A stretch of DNA of 63,469 nucleotides, counting the filler, from Octopus bimaculoides (taxonomy: Eukaryota): assembly GCF_001194135.2 (NCBI RefSeq). It is 6 parts of 5 records of this genome, joined end to end, with 100 filler letters (N's around TTAATTAATTAA, not from the genome) between each part and the next. Parts side by side here need not be neighbours in the genome. Positions count along the whole stretch, not along the records: positions 1 to 20,328 come from NC_068984.1; 5 more parts are not named here. One strand, 5' to 3'. Under the pieces are notes generated by a model, which was not told the origin of the DNA, did not search any database, and saw only the letters and a list, made by a program, of their open reading frames with translations. This document shows, in pieces, positions 1 to 11,499 of this stretch (positions within the stretch are counted from its first letter, which is position 1; every line of letters starts with the position of its first letter). Made by a program: the position numbers and the translations under genes.

Positions 1-955
1 AAAAAAAAAAAAAAGAAGGAACGAGAAAGTGTAGAGATAAGTCATTTACGATGAGAATAGTACAAATCAAAGGAAACCAGATTATGTGTCCGACGCGGGA
101 AAATGAAAATGTAAAGATATGGATGCTAAGTTCGAAACGAAATATAAGGTCAAAGCGGCAAATGAGGGTAAGCAAAGCGATAGGTCACTACACGAATTGT
201 AGTGAAAGAGAAAAGAGAGATGAGAATGGAATTAGGAAGAGAGCGGAATGCTGGGAAAGGAAATGGGTAGAAAAGAGATGGGGAGAGAAACAAAGGGTCG
301 AAGGATTAGAAATAATGAAAGAGCGTGGGAGAAAATAAAGAGAAGAAAGTGGGAGGAAAAAGAAAAAGCAAAGAGGTCATAGCGAATTAGCAAAATCATG
401 AGCTGTGATGGGAAAACACTGCGTGCGTCGCAAGAAAATAAGAAAAAAGGTACGAAAGGAGAACACAAATGTAGATGAAATAACGACGATTTTTTTTTTT
501 TTAATCAGCAATCTAAATTAAGTAATGGCCTTATACAGCCTTAATAGGGGACAGAGACGAGACAAATAGATGAAATAAGTGAAAAAATTCAAATGAGCTA
601 ATATGAGTTTAGTTAGATAAACTAAGAGGGGATGCACTTGATGACTTACTCAAATATACTCAATTAAGTGCAATAACCCTTTCAGTTGGAGATAAACAAG
701 ATAAAATAAACCAAATTGTTAGTGACACTCAAAGAAAAAGGGAGATAATTTCCAGAAATTAAGAATTATATCCTGGAAATTAAGTCCGCTTACCCACCCC
801 ACCCCCTGCCGCTACCTCATGCTTAGGGTAAAATCTGATCTTTGCTAGCGAGTGAGGAGGGGGAAGCTGCGAGCAAGCTTCGTCCTTATTGGATCACATC
901 AACATAGCATAGTCTACCCAAGACTGTTTTGATTATGTATGAAAAGTTTATATCA

Positions 956-1010
956 GGCATGATTGTGGTAAGAAATTTGTCTTTCAAACCATCTGGTTCC
1001 AAGTTTCTTC
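956..1010 (+). mobile_element. SINE family A, 5' head fragment
   Basis: ggcatgattgtggtaagaaatttgtctttcaaaccatctggttcc resembles the head of the fuller family-A copies (tggctgtgtggtaag...accacatggttcc). Confidence 0.45.
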
Positions 1011-1263
1011 TTCATAAAAGAACAGAATGGAATAAGTGGAGCAGGAGCAAACACGAAGACGGAAAATGTCGCTGAAGAGGTCACAGGTGTGTTACGAAAG
1101 ATTTCCGGACAATGAGTTAGAATAAGAACAGTAATAAACGAGTGAAGTACGAATATATAGTGCTTGTGTTTATTTGACAAAAAATAAAGTAAAATGATAA
1201 AATGACCATCCCGAAATACATCAATATCTGTTTCAAATCAGGCATCTTGCAACACAAATTCAG

Positions 1264-1324
<61 letters not shown>

Positions 1325-2184
1325 AGTACATGTATATATGCATATATATAATAGATATATACACACACATGTATATATATATATGTGCGCGGGTGCGTGT
1401 GTGTGAATTATATATATATTATGTATGTGTGTGTGAGTGTGTGTGTTTTTTCGGTGTTATATACTTCCGTATGCATGAAGTATATACACTCATACTCACT
1501 CACACACACACACACACGCACACAAACACTCATACGCATAAACGCCCCCAGTAAATGTTTATGTACATATCCACTCAAATGTACCCACACATGTGTATAC
1601 ACACACACATCACACACATGCACACACACATACATACACACATACACAAGAGCACAAATAGATACCACACCTCACACAAACGTGTTTTGTAAAATGATAA
1701 CGCTACCACCACCACAACCACCACAATCACCACAATCACCACCACGACGAGTATTATATTTACTACTATCAATTGTATAATCAGTGTAATTACCATCAAC
1801 GACTCTACCAACACCCTAACATTACAACACCCACTACCAATACCTCCAGTGCTTCATACGCCCATACTTAATCATAATTTGATAGAGAGACGCTGTTTAG
1901 CCCTTGGCATGTAGAGGGACATTAGATTACTTAACCCTAATTATAGATATCAACACAGGCTACTTAACCCAAAGCATGGTCAACGATACAAGCAACTTGA
2001 TTCTAGACATATGGTGCACAGAGGTCTCTTAATCCTAGGCACGATTAGCCAATAACGTCTACCATCATCAATAACAGCAATAACAATGAGGAATATGTAT
2101 TGCCGCCAGCAATATCACAGAGTTCTAGACTGATGAAGTAATTTGCTATAAAAGGAAAAGTGTAATATATGTTAGGAGTATTGA

Positions 2185-2328
2185 TTGATTGTTTGGTAAA
2201 GAAATACGTGTCTCCTGGTTCGAACTCACTGCGCATCACTTTGGCCAAGCGTCTTCCATCATAGTCTCTATTTGAGCTCCAATGAGTGAAATTTGAACAT
2301 ACAGAAACTATGCGAGAGCCCAACGTAG

Positions 2329-2372
<44 letters not shown>
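2185..2372 (+). mobile_element. SINE family A, diverged 5' half ending in its internal (TG)n
   Basis: ggttcgaactcactgcgcatcactttggccaagcgtcttccatcatagtctc aligns by eye to family-A ggttcagtcccactgcgtggcaccttgggcaagtgtcttctactatagcctc, followed by (TG)n. Confidence 0.6.
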
Positions 2373-2374
<2 letters not shown>

Positions 2375-2399
2375 TGGGTCATCCCATAAATAATGCGGA

Positions 2400-3660
2400 T
2401 TTTTCAATTGCATGAACTAAAAGTCGGAGGGGGACGGGATAAACTACCTGCACCAACTTCCTATAAAAGCAGGTAGTAATTTTACCTGTACTTTTATCTG
2501 TAGACGAGGTCAGAACAATACTGGGGAAGTATTTTTCGTCACGGACAAGTGAATGTTGGAAGAGGGTCCTTGCAAGTCTACCAGAGAGATGGAAGAGCAT
2601 TGTAGAAAATGAAGGAGAGTATGTTTTAGGTGACGCCTTCACAGCCCTCCGCTTCTCGCCCCGAGAGTCGCGGCAGCCTGACGAGGAAGTCCGTTAGGCC
2701 CCTTCTGCTCTCCAGTCCACCACTCTTCCTGAAAAACTGAGCGAAGCGCTCCTGAAAGGTCTCGCACGTCTCCTCGGGTTCGTTTACTAAATTACCTAGT
2801 TGGTTCGTCAAAGATCTTATTGTGGAATTACTGCCACGTTGAGCTTCTATCATTCGGGCCCATCCAGCGGCCCTGATTCCCTCACGTCCCATTGCACGGA
2901 GTCTAGCTCTCACAATGCATCCCATGTGTTTGGTTTCGAGGTGCTGGTTTAATTCCAGCCTCATCGCCAACACCAGGGATGCAGAGCCAGTCCTCATTGC
3001 CTCTTCGTGCCTTAACTAGAGCTCTCTGTTTCCTAGTCTCCTTAGCCACTCGTCCTATACTATATCTAATAGACTCGAATTTTATGGCTCGTTTGAGGGC
3101 ATACCACCATTTATTATTCATATTGGTACCGGTTAATACCCTCTGCACTAACAACTTAATCCGGTTCCTGTACTCCTCATCCACCAAAAGGACATATTGA
3201 GTTTCCAGTAGCCGGAGCATTGCCTATGTAACCTGTCTGTGTCGAGCTCACAGGTCACAAGCTTGTGATCACTGTAGCTAACCAGATGAAACTGTGGACA
3301 CATATCTATGTGTTTATCTTTAATTCTAATGAAGATCTTATCTAGGTAAGCTCTAGAAGATCCGTCGCTATTTGGCCATGTCCACAATGGAGCATTCGGA
3401 AATTCCGGTCTGTAATAATCTGCTAGCTGAAAGCAACTTAGCATATCAGGAGGCAAGAGTTACCCCACCTATTTTGGTTTGAGCCAACATAATCTACGCG
3501 TGCATCACGGATTGTGTTATAGTTTCCTATCAGTCATACTAATGAGTGTGAAGTACCCAGCAAAATTAATTTTTGGTGCAGTTTCCAGCTGCACCGGAGA
3601 CGTTACTAAGGCTGGTATATCCACTGCTTCCTTGTTTCCAGACTCAACTAAGTCGCACAT
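2400..3660 (-). mobile_element. Tx1/L1-clade LINE ORF2 fragment (APE endonuclease C-terminal part and linker towards RT), frameshifted
   Basis: Minus-strand frames give LIGNYNTIRD, WTWPNSDGSSRAYLDKIFI, SYSDHKLV and SGYWKLN (APE end plus the GYWKLN motif typical of L1/Tx1), then GCIVRARLR and LPRLSGREAEGCEG. Several frameshifts and stops. Confidence 0.8.
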
Positions 3661-4099
3661 TTTTTAAAGGATTTGGGCTGACGTCCCACAAAAATGAAAT
3701 CAATGGTCAAAATGTCCCACAAAATTACAGCGACACACCGCGTAAATTTGGGCCAACACCCCACAGAAAAACAATGATTCCCCCTTCATACAAAGGGGAA
3801 TTATAACAAAAGAACTGCCACAAGAAGTTGCAACAGTTTTTTCAACAACACAAAACGTAACAAGTTCAATGACAGGTTCAATAGTACACTCACCAAACAG
3901 CAAAAATTACAACCGAACTCCAGAATGAGCGGAATTTTGGGACATCTTATTCAGGTGAATGATATAATAAGAGCTAAAGTTACATGTTTAAATAGATAAT
4001 GAAGCTATAGATAATAGTGTTTTAAGATGAATCCAAATGCATAAAGAGTAACTAGGTTAAAATCATATAAACTAATTTTTATTTTTTTTTTTTTGGAAA

Positions 4100-5185
4100 A
4101 AAAATTTTTTAAGTTGACAAATATTTATATCTACAAAGAATAATGACAGCCGAGATCTTGTTAAGTAAATTTTTTTTGTCAGTACGGAGTATATAGATCG
4201 CTTCTTTTGTGCATAATTTAAAGTTTCTGATGTGTGTATTGTATGGTGTGGCTTTCGTTATAATAGACCAATCTAGATTGAATTCTTTATTGCACATTTT
4301 TAATTTATTAATGTGGGTAGCTAGTGTAATTGAATTTTTTGTTTCTTGATTAATAAACGAATTTGACTATATCTAGTCTTAATATCTTGACTATATCTAG
4401 TCTTAAAATCAGTCATGCCTTCTATGTATATCTTTTTTTATTCACTAAGGGTTGAAACCTCAACTTTATATATGATATTTCTCTTTAAACAGGTTCCCTT
4501 TAAGGGACATAACTCTCGGCTACGGAAATTACATGTTCTATTTCCATGCTTCGCCTTTATATTTTTAATATCAGGATTTTTATCATTGTTCATATTAAGG
4601 TCAGCTATATTGTTATCTCTATCAATACTATTATTTCTAAGTTTAAATCTATTATTGGCCGCAATTATAGATCCTAGATTGGGCGTGGTTGAGTACGATA
4701 ATTTAAGGCAGGTCCTATTAAAGATGGAATGATATTTATGACCTAATGGGAAATTGTCAATAATCCTAAAAAATGATTTGGGGAAGTTTCTGACACGGGG
4801 GGAAAAAGAAGGGGTAAACCAGATAATTTCCCGTTTCCTCACCGAGTTGTTCCTACTCTGCCCAGTATATTTATTATTATTATAATTAAATTAATTATAG
4901 TGTCTTCTATTATGGTGTCGGCTCTGATACTCAGTGGGGTTGTTCACGGGAGTGATGTCAATGCTTAATTTCGCAAGAAACTGAATCCACTGTCCTTCAA
5001 TACTGTATTATAAAAGGATGCAAAGTTACAAAAAATCTTTTCGTTTGCAGATAAGTTAGAGATTCTGATCGACACTCCTTTGGCTACCCCATTAATAACA
5101 CTTTAGGGATGATTTGATAAGGCGTGGATATACTTAATGGCTTTATTAGGCTTATGGTAAGGATAAAATAAGCCATCATCTAATG
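4100..5185 (-). mobile_element. Penelope-like element: RT thumb, linker and GIY-YIG endonuclease, degenerate
   Basis: Minus frames give LDDGLFYPYHKPNKAIKYIHALSNHP, RKREIIWFTPSFS, HKYHSIFNRTCLKLSYS, CNFRSRELCPLKGTCL, a YIxGMT..FKTRY-like segment and FNLDWSIITKATPY..LCTKEA..LLN. These are characteristic PLE ORF motifs. A 24-bp tandem duplication lies near 4363-4410. Confidence 0.88.
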
Positions 5186-5190
5186 TGTGA

Positions 5191-5235
<45 letters not shown>

Positions 5236-5392
5236 GAAGAAGAATAAATGGAGCAAAACGCATATAATCAATAAGTTCCTTTAATTCCTACATATGTTTC
5301 AAAATATATGTGCACAGTAAGAGGTGCTGGAATTGCACATAAATTCATCGTCGGGAAACCAACATACCAAAGCAAGACATGCGTTAAATGCG

Positions 5393-5424
<32 letters not shown>

Positions 5425-5429
<5 letters not shown>

Positions 5430-5690
5430 ATAGTTCAAGTTTACAGAAAACAAAAGATGAAGACAGAAGAAGGAACAACAAGCAGGTGTATCAGTTTAAT
5501 GCTCGGGAAGAATGGAAATGTCTTTGAAATTTCGAGCCTACGCTCAACTGAGACCAAAAGAAAAAAAAACGGAAAGAGAAAAAATGTGCAGAGATTAACG
5601 GTCCTTCGACAGAAAGAATGAGGAAAGAAAACGGAGAGAAAAAAATGGAGGATAAAAACGTATTTGGATTAACGGTTTCATACATACGTA
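5425..5690 (-). mobile_element. Penelope-type terminal (pseudo-LTR-like) repeat
   Basis: The minus strand gagcgtaggctcgaaa...tacacctgcttgttgttccttc...catcttttgttttct matches a second copy at about 56960-57090 (+). It lies upstream of and co-oriented with the PLE ORF. Confidence 0.55.
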
Positions 5691-6089
5691 CATACATACA
5701 TACATACATACATACATAGGTATACACTCACACACATACATGCACATACACGCACATTCACAGAGACAAGTGTATGTGTGCACACACGTTTTTGTGTGTT
5801 TACACGAGTTTATGTGAATGGCTATATATATATATATATGTGCGTAAGGAATTGCTGTAACCCACTACTTTACAACTATTTATGTAAACGGTGAACGAAA
5901 TGTTTCCTTGATTCTTTACGCAACACAACGTGACCGGAAACGGGAAGCACCAAACAACACTAGCTTGATATTTTTTGACTGACATGTATTATTTACACAT
6001 GCATGTTGCATACACGTAGCTTATAAAGTTACATATGCGCTTATAGACACTCACACACACACACGCATACACACATGCATTTATATATG

Positions 6090-6124
<35 letters not shown>

Positions 6125-6126
<2 letters not shown>

Positions 6127-7140
6127 TTTCTTTATTTCCCACAAGGGTACAGCGCAATCTGAATGGGGTCAGACATAACGAATGATTTAACACAATTATG
6201 AAACTAAAAATTTTACAATATATAAAAGTTCGAATGGTGAGACATACCAAGACATTACAAATGGAGTGGGAGACGGGTTAAGTTCGGACCCCACGAGCCC
6301 CGCCTCTCCACTGATTGCATTCATGTGGTACTTTCCATACGCAACATTCATGCTACACTCTTCCATCGGTTGCGAAAGATTTTCGCCGACAAGCATTTTT
6401 TCTCCAGCCCTATCTTCCTTTTCAGGTGGAAGGTGAAAAAGTTCACCAACCCCGGGCCAGAGATGTAAATGCCTGTCGTTAATCTTTTCACTCTGGTCTT
6501 CCAAATCACCTTTCTCGCAATCGCTACTACGATGAGAAAACAATTCTTACCTTCTTTCAATAGGAAATCCGGTGGGTCGATTTTTACTATGGACTCAGTC
6601 GATAGCCGTACTCTTCCTGCACTTGACAACAGTTGTTCAACATAAACCCTCACATCTGACACTTCCGGACACTGAACAATAGCGTGCGGGACGATTTCCC
6701 TATCCCGCCCACAACTTCGATAGTCCAGAGAGCCAGGGCCGCCATGCCTTGCGAGCTTGTCCCGAACGGGTAAGGATCCTCGGTAACATTGCCATGCCAG
6801 AGACTTCTGGAAATTGTCCAGGGTCTTCGGCCCAAATGTACGTTGGAATAAACAGGTCAGCTGATTATCATCGAGATCTAGGGTCTCCCCTAAGGTATCG
6901 TCACATCCCGCCTCTACTAGACTGCGGTGGAGCCCCCACCGCAGGCATTGCCCGAATGACGGAATAGCTGGAGAGCCTTTACACTCCATAACCCATGTAC
7001 TCGATCTGCGATGGAACCAGGTTTCCTGTCCACTGAAACTAGTGAACGCGGGAAAGCTCCTTTTCGCCAGCGAAGATCATACCCGTTCACCATCCAGGTA
7101 GAGCCACAGATGTTGGGTATGAAAGACTGCGTGAACACGC
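6125..7140 (-). mobile_element. 5'-truncated Tx1-clade LINE: ORF2 C-terminal zinc-finger region, 3' UTR and polyA signal
   Basis: The 213-aa ORF 6348-6989 contains LAWQCYRGSLPVRDKL..CGRDREIVPHAIVQC (zf-RVT-like) and ends FHLKRKIGLEKKCLSAKIFRNRW. The 3' end cccttgtgggaaataaagaaac abuts (CA)n. Confidence 0.85.
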
Positions 7141-7159
7141 TATAACGTTACCAGAAGGT

Positions 7160-7367
7160 GTCGGTAGAGAAACAGGGCTCGTGGGGTCGGAGCGCTAACC
7201 TGTTTTAATATCTCATATTTTGTCTTTTATTGTTTTGTAATTGTCTTTTGTCTATCATACGATTATCATTTTTGCGCATTTTAAAATCTTATAACCATGC
7301 GCATGTGTCTGACCCCAATCAGGCTGTATTGTCCCCTCTCTATGTCCCCTTGTGGGAAATAAAGAAA
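7160..7367 (+). mobile_element. Tx1-clade LINE 3' UTR fragment (related subfamily)
   Basis: Shares gggctcgtggggtc, tgtctgacccca and cccttgtgggaaataaagaaa with the 3' UTR of the 6125-7140 copy, in the opposite orientation. Confidence 0.7.
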
Positions 7368-7911
7368 TAGCTTACAAAAAATTGTCATGGATTACCGAGA
7401 TGAACTTACCAAAGATATATATACAACTTTAAAATTTTCATACCAAGTCTACCTGCCTAAATCAAAACCAGTAAATTTTAATTTATTTTTCAAAAATAGT
7501 TTTTCATATATTTTCCTGATTTTTAAAATAACATTCGATATATTATAAAAATCTTCTCCATCTCTGACGAGCGGAAGTATTGTTTATCAATGTGTATCAA
7601 TAATAGATTCCATTATAATGACAAAACTTTCGCGAAATGATCGAAAGATGCATTAATTAACAAACTTTTAAACTGTCATATTTCATATATTTGCATATAT
7701 TTTTAATGCAATACTATTTTAGACACATATGTCTTCGTGGGGAATTTTTTTGATATTAAATTTCATGCTATTATTTCAAAATACAGTATATATGATTGCT
7801 CGTATTAAATGTCTAAATACTTTATAGTATTAATATTTTTGACACTTTATACAAAGAGCACTCATCATAAATTCAGTGTATAATATTCTCACAGAATATA
7901 CTTAATTAATG

Positions 7912-7912
<1 letters not shown>

Positions 7913-7996
<84 letters not shown>
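7913..7996. repeat. (TG)42 microsatellite
   Basis: Pure dinucleotide run read directly. Confidence 0.97.
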
Positions 7997-7999
<3 letters not shown>

Positions 8000-8289
8000 T
8001 TATTACCAGTCCAAGAAACACTATAGCCATATCAAACTGGATATCTGTGGAATAAAAATTTCAGTTGTTGACATAGTTTTCGTTTTCCGCCAGTGATATC
8101 AACGCTAGTTATTCAGATTATTTCTGTAGACACTGCAACTTTGTATCATCACCAAATCATATCTGCACTTGTGAAATTATTAAGTTTTGATGTTAATGTA
8201 ATTTTGAAAAGAATATAATCTTCTAAGAAAAATGTAAGCATTGTCTCCGGTCTTAGGACTCATAAAGCTGGTTAATCCTCGGCTTTATG

Positions 8290-8615
8290 AGTGACTGAGA
8301 TAACAACACGGTTGCTTCTCAGTTACCAACCCAGGCTCTGCTGCTTGTCAGGCTGAGAAAATAAAAGTTGTCAAGGTATCGGTCGCTCTCCGACAGGTTT
8401 AAAGTTGAGCCTTTGGCAGTTGAGGCCTCCGGTATTCTCGACTCTCGGACCATATCCCTGCTCACCGCTATCGGGGTGAAGATTGCTGTCCGCAAGTGTG
8501 AGCCCTGTGAATCACAGTGGATGTTCCAGCGCATCTCCCTCGCAATCCTCTGGGGTAACGCCTTTTCCATTTTGTCTGCTGGTGCCATGAGGAATGTTTC
8601 TAGCTTCATCAGCAA
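8290..8615 (+). mobile_element. CRE-like (R2 group) non-LTR retrotransposon 3' fragment, restriction-like endonuclease C-terminus
   Basis: With one frameshift: GSAACQAEKIKVVKYRSLSDRFKVEPLAVEASG...QWMFQRISLAILWGNAFSIL. This matches the AE..K..KY..L....P.A.ET.G...QRLS.A.QRGNA pattern of CRE-type RLE domains. Confidence 0.72.
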
Positions 8616-8716
8616 TAGTGTTGCAGTGAATTATTTATAACAGAAAGAGAATTAATATCTACGAGATGATCATTTTCTTATATGTAAAACATCTGAGATT
8701 GTTTCCTCTTAAATTA

Positions 8717-9722
8717 CACTGGTCAACAAAACAAAACATTTTTTTAACCATCAGAGTTGCTGATTGACTTTTCTGGGTTAATTTTTGATGCTGATTACGA
8801 ATCTGAGGTCTGTCAGGTCACATTTTCATGTTAATGATACCTGCTGTTTTAACTTATAGGATACGTAAAGCATGTCTATATAAAGTATATTGAATACAAG
8901 ATACGATAATTTCATGGCTTTTTATTGTACAAAATTAAAATTACTGTGTACAAATAAGTTGGAATACACTCAAATGCATAACAACATAAAATCTTTGGGA
9001 TTTGGACTTTCTATGGTGTTTTGTCTCAGGTTCATCCCTGTATAACATCCAACAATAGTCACCTAACATTCCTGCAATCCAAAATCCTTGATATCGTTGT
9101 TCCATCGATGCAATATCTTGATGAAAGCATTCCCCTTGCTCATCAGACACTTCTCCAAGGTTCTCTGCAAAAAAGACCAGATGTGAATCAAGGAAATGGA
9201 CTTTTAGTGATATCCGATAGCCCATTGCAGCCTAGGAGTCTAGAAGACATTTCACTTCATTTCTAAACTTTAGAGATCTCTTGTTGCCTAGGAAATTTTC
9301 ACAGAGCCATTTGAATGATTCCCAGGCTTTAAGCTCAATTTCCTCCATTGCTGTGAGGAAGTGGTTGTCCTTCAAAAGTTCTTTTATCTGCGGACCTATG
9401 AATACGCCCTCCTTCAGTTTTGCCTCTGTGATTTTTGGAAATTTGGCTTTCACATATTCAAAACCTTTTGAGCTTTTCCTGGCAAGTGGTTGGTTTCTTA
9501 TTACCGTTGTGTACTAGTACTGCTTTGAGGCTTCTCTTAGATGAATCAATGAATAAGCGCCATTCAGCTGGAGCATGCTCTTGGAACAAACAGCGAAATA
9601 ACTCATCAGTGTTATTACTGAAACAAAGTGGTCCATCAACAGAGAAGAATGAAGTCAGATCCCTATTTCTCTTCCTGAAATGCACTTTGCATCGTTTTAG
9701 CCTTCAAATGACGCCACATCGC
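8717..9722 (-). mobile_element. Chapaev3-type (CMC group) DNA transposon remnant, internally deleted transposase with one terminus
   Basis: Minus frames give EWRLFIDSSKRSLKAVLVHNGN, AKLKEGVFIGPQI, ISLKVHFLDSHL..F.ENLGEVSDEQGECFHQDI and GMLGDYCW. The terminus CACTGGTCAAC at 8717 is preceded by TTA. The superfamily assignment is from memory of these motifs. Confidence 0.72.
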
Positions 9723-9724
9723 TA

Positions 9725-9890
9725 GCTAGAGGGGCAGGCCAACATCCCACCCGCCTGATCGGAAGGAGAACTGGAGCAACGTGAAATGAAGTGCTTTGAT
9801 GAAGAACACAATTCGCCACTCAGTCTGGAAATCGAAACTACGATCTAACGATCGTGAGGGAAACAGCCTAACCACTAGGCCACGCGCCTT
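9725..9890 (-). mobile_element. tRNA-derived SINE family C, 5' part
   Basis: The minus strand ggcgcgtggcctagtggttagg (A box) ... gtagtttcgatttcc (degenerate B box) ... tgtgttcttcatcaaagcacttcatttcacgttgctccag truncates the transposase. Confidence 0.65.
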
Positions 9891-10836
9891 TACTTTATGG
9901 AATATGCCATGCTTGAATAATAAAATTATGAATATAGAGGTAAACACAAATATTACCCAAAATGCATTTTCTTATAATTCACCTTCGTCTATTCACCACT
10001 ATTTCTCACAGAACTTTTAGCAGCCTCTCGTGGAATACTAAGGCTCCACGTAGTTCCGATTGGGGAACGTTGTCTTAAATTCTAACTACAGAAATACTAA
10101 TCTGAGTTACTAAGCCCATACTACAAGAAGACTAACCTATCACTCCTAACTCCAAATAACAGAAACACTAACCTTAACCTTACCAGAAACTCTTAACCTT
10201 AACTTAACCGCTAACCAATTATACCCGACCTGAACCTGATCATAGAATTAACACTGACGCTCAGTGAGAATCCGAAGAACCACTCCCTACAAATAACCCT
10301 AACTATGACTCTTACACTAACCCCAAACGTAAGTCGAAACCCTAATATGCTTACTCAGACAAGCTATTTAGTATTCTCATATGACATATTTTAATTCAAA
10401 CCTTGTAATATACAGTATCAAAATTAAGAGCCCGGATGTAAATGTATATAATCTTTTCGTTTCTGTAGTTTGTCAAATTGGTTTTCCACACATTTTTGCA
10501 GAGTCAGACGACAGTTTTTAATATAGTAATGCCACCAGATGGCAGCTATGTATAGAAAAGCTATAGGTTTCCGACATACATTTTAAACACATTGTGACAT
10601 CATTGACATCAGTGACCTTTGAAGAGGTCACCGTCACCTGACTTTTGCAGAGATGTCTGTGATTCTGCTTGTTTGCGTATATGTATATAAATGTGTTTGT
10701 GTGTGTACATATATACATATTTGTAACGTGTGCATGAATATGTATATGTGTTTGTGTGTGCATGTACCTATATATTTATACATCCATATATACATGTTAT
10801 GTGTGCACGTATATGTACATATGTGTATGTATGTAC

Positions 10837-10941
<105 letters not shown>

Positions 10942-10988
10942 TACATGCGCACACGTACATACATATACACATAAATACACACACGCAC

Positions 10989-11019
<31 letters not shown>

Positions 11020-11271
11020 TCTAATATTTCGTTTAAAAGTTAATAGCCCTTTGACATATTCTCTAGTATTTACTGTTGTAGAAAAAGAGGTTGGTTAATG
11101 AGCGACAAATTATCTATTGTGTATACGTCTTCTTCACATTGTTACTATCATCATTATCATTATCATTGTAGTCGTTGATCTTCTTGTTGTTGTCGTTGTG
11201 GTTGTTGTTCCTGTCATAGTGTTTCCAAATTTGTCCCACTTGTTGACTGTCATGACGACAAACAGTAATAT

Positions 11272-11428
11272 GATTTCTAGCTTTGGCCCAATGTCAGAAA
11301 TCCTGAAATGAGGTGCTTTAGTCAACCAGTTTCCCCACCCAAGTAAGTACTGGCCTGATTTTCATTTTATCAGCCTCGGATGAATAAAAGGCAAATTCGA
11401 CAGTGATGAGATTAGAAAACAGAACGAA
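11272..11428 (-). mobile_element. SINE family B, diverged
   Basis: aagtactgg...ttttatcagcctcggatgaataaaaggcaaattcgac...cagaacg is a decayed reverse complement of the family-B body. Confidence 0.45.
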
Positions 11429-11499
11429 AAGAAACGAAGGTACATAAACATTAACAACACACTCTGCTGACTATCTGCTATCTATTTGCACCGAAGAAA

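Noticed and set aside
3680-3830. Four cccaca(a/g)aa motifs at irregular spacing
   Set aside because: Too short and irregular for an array. Probably subterminal repeats of an old non-autonomous element.
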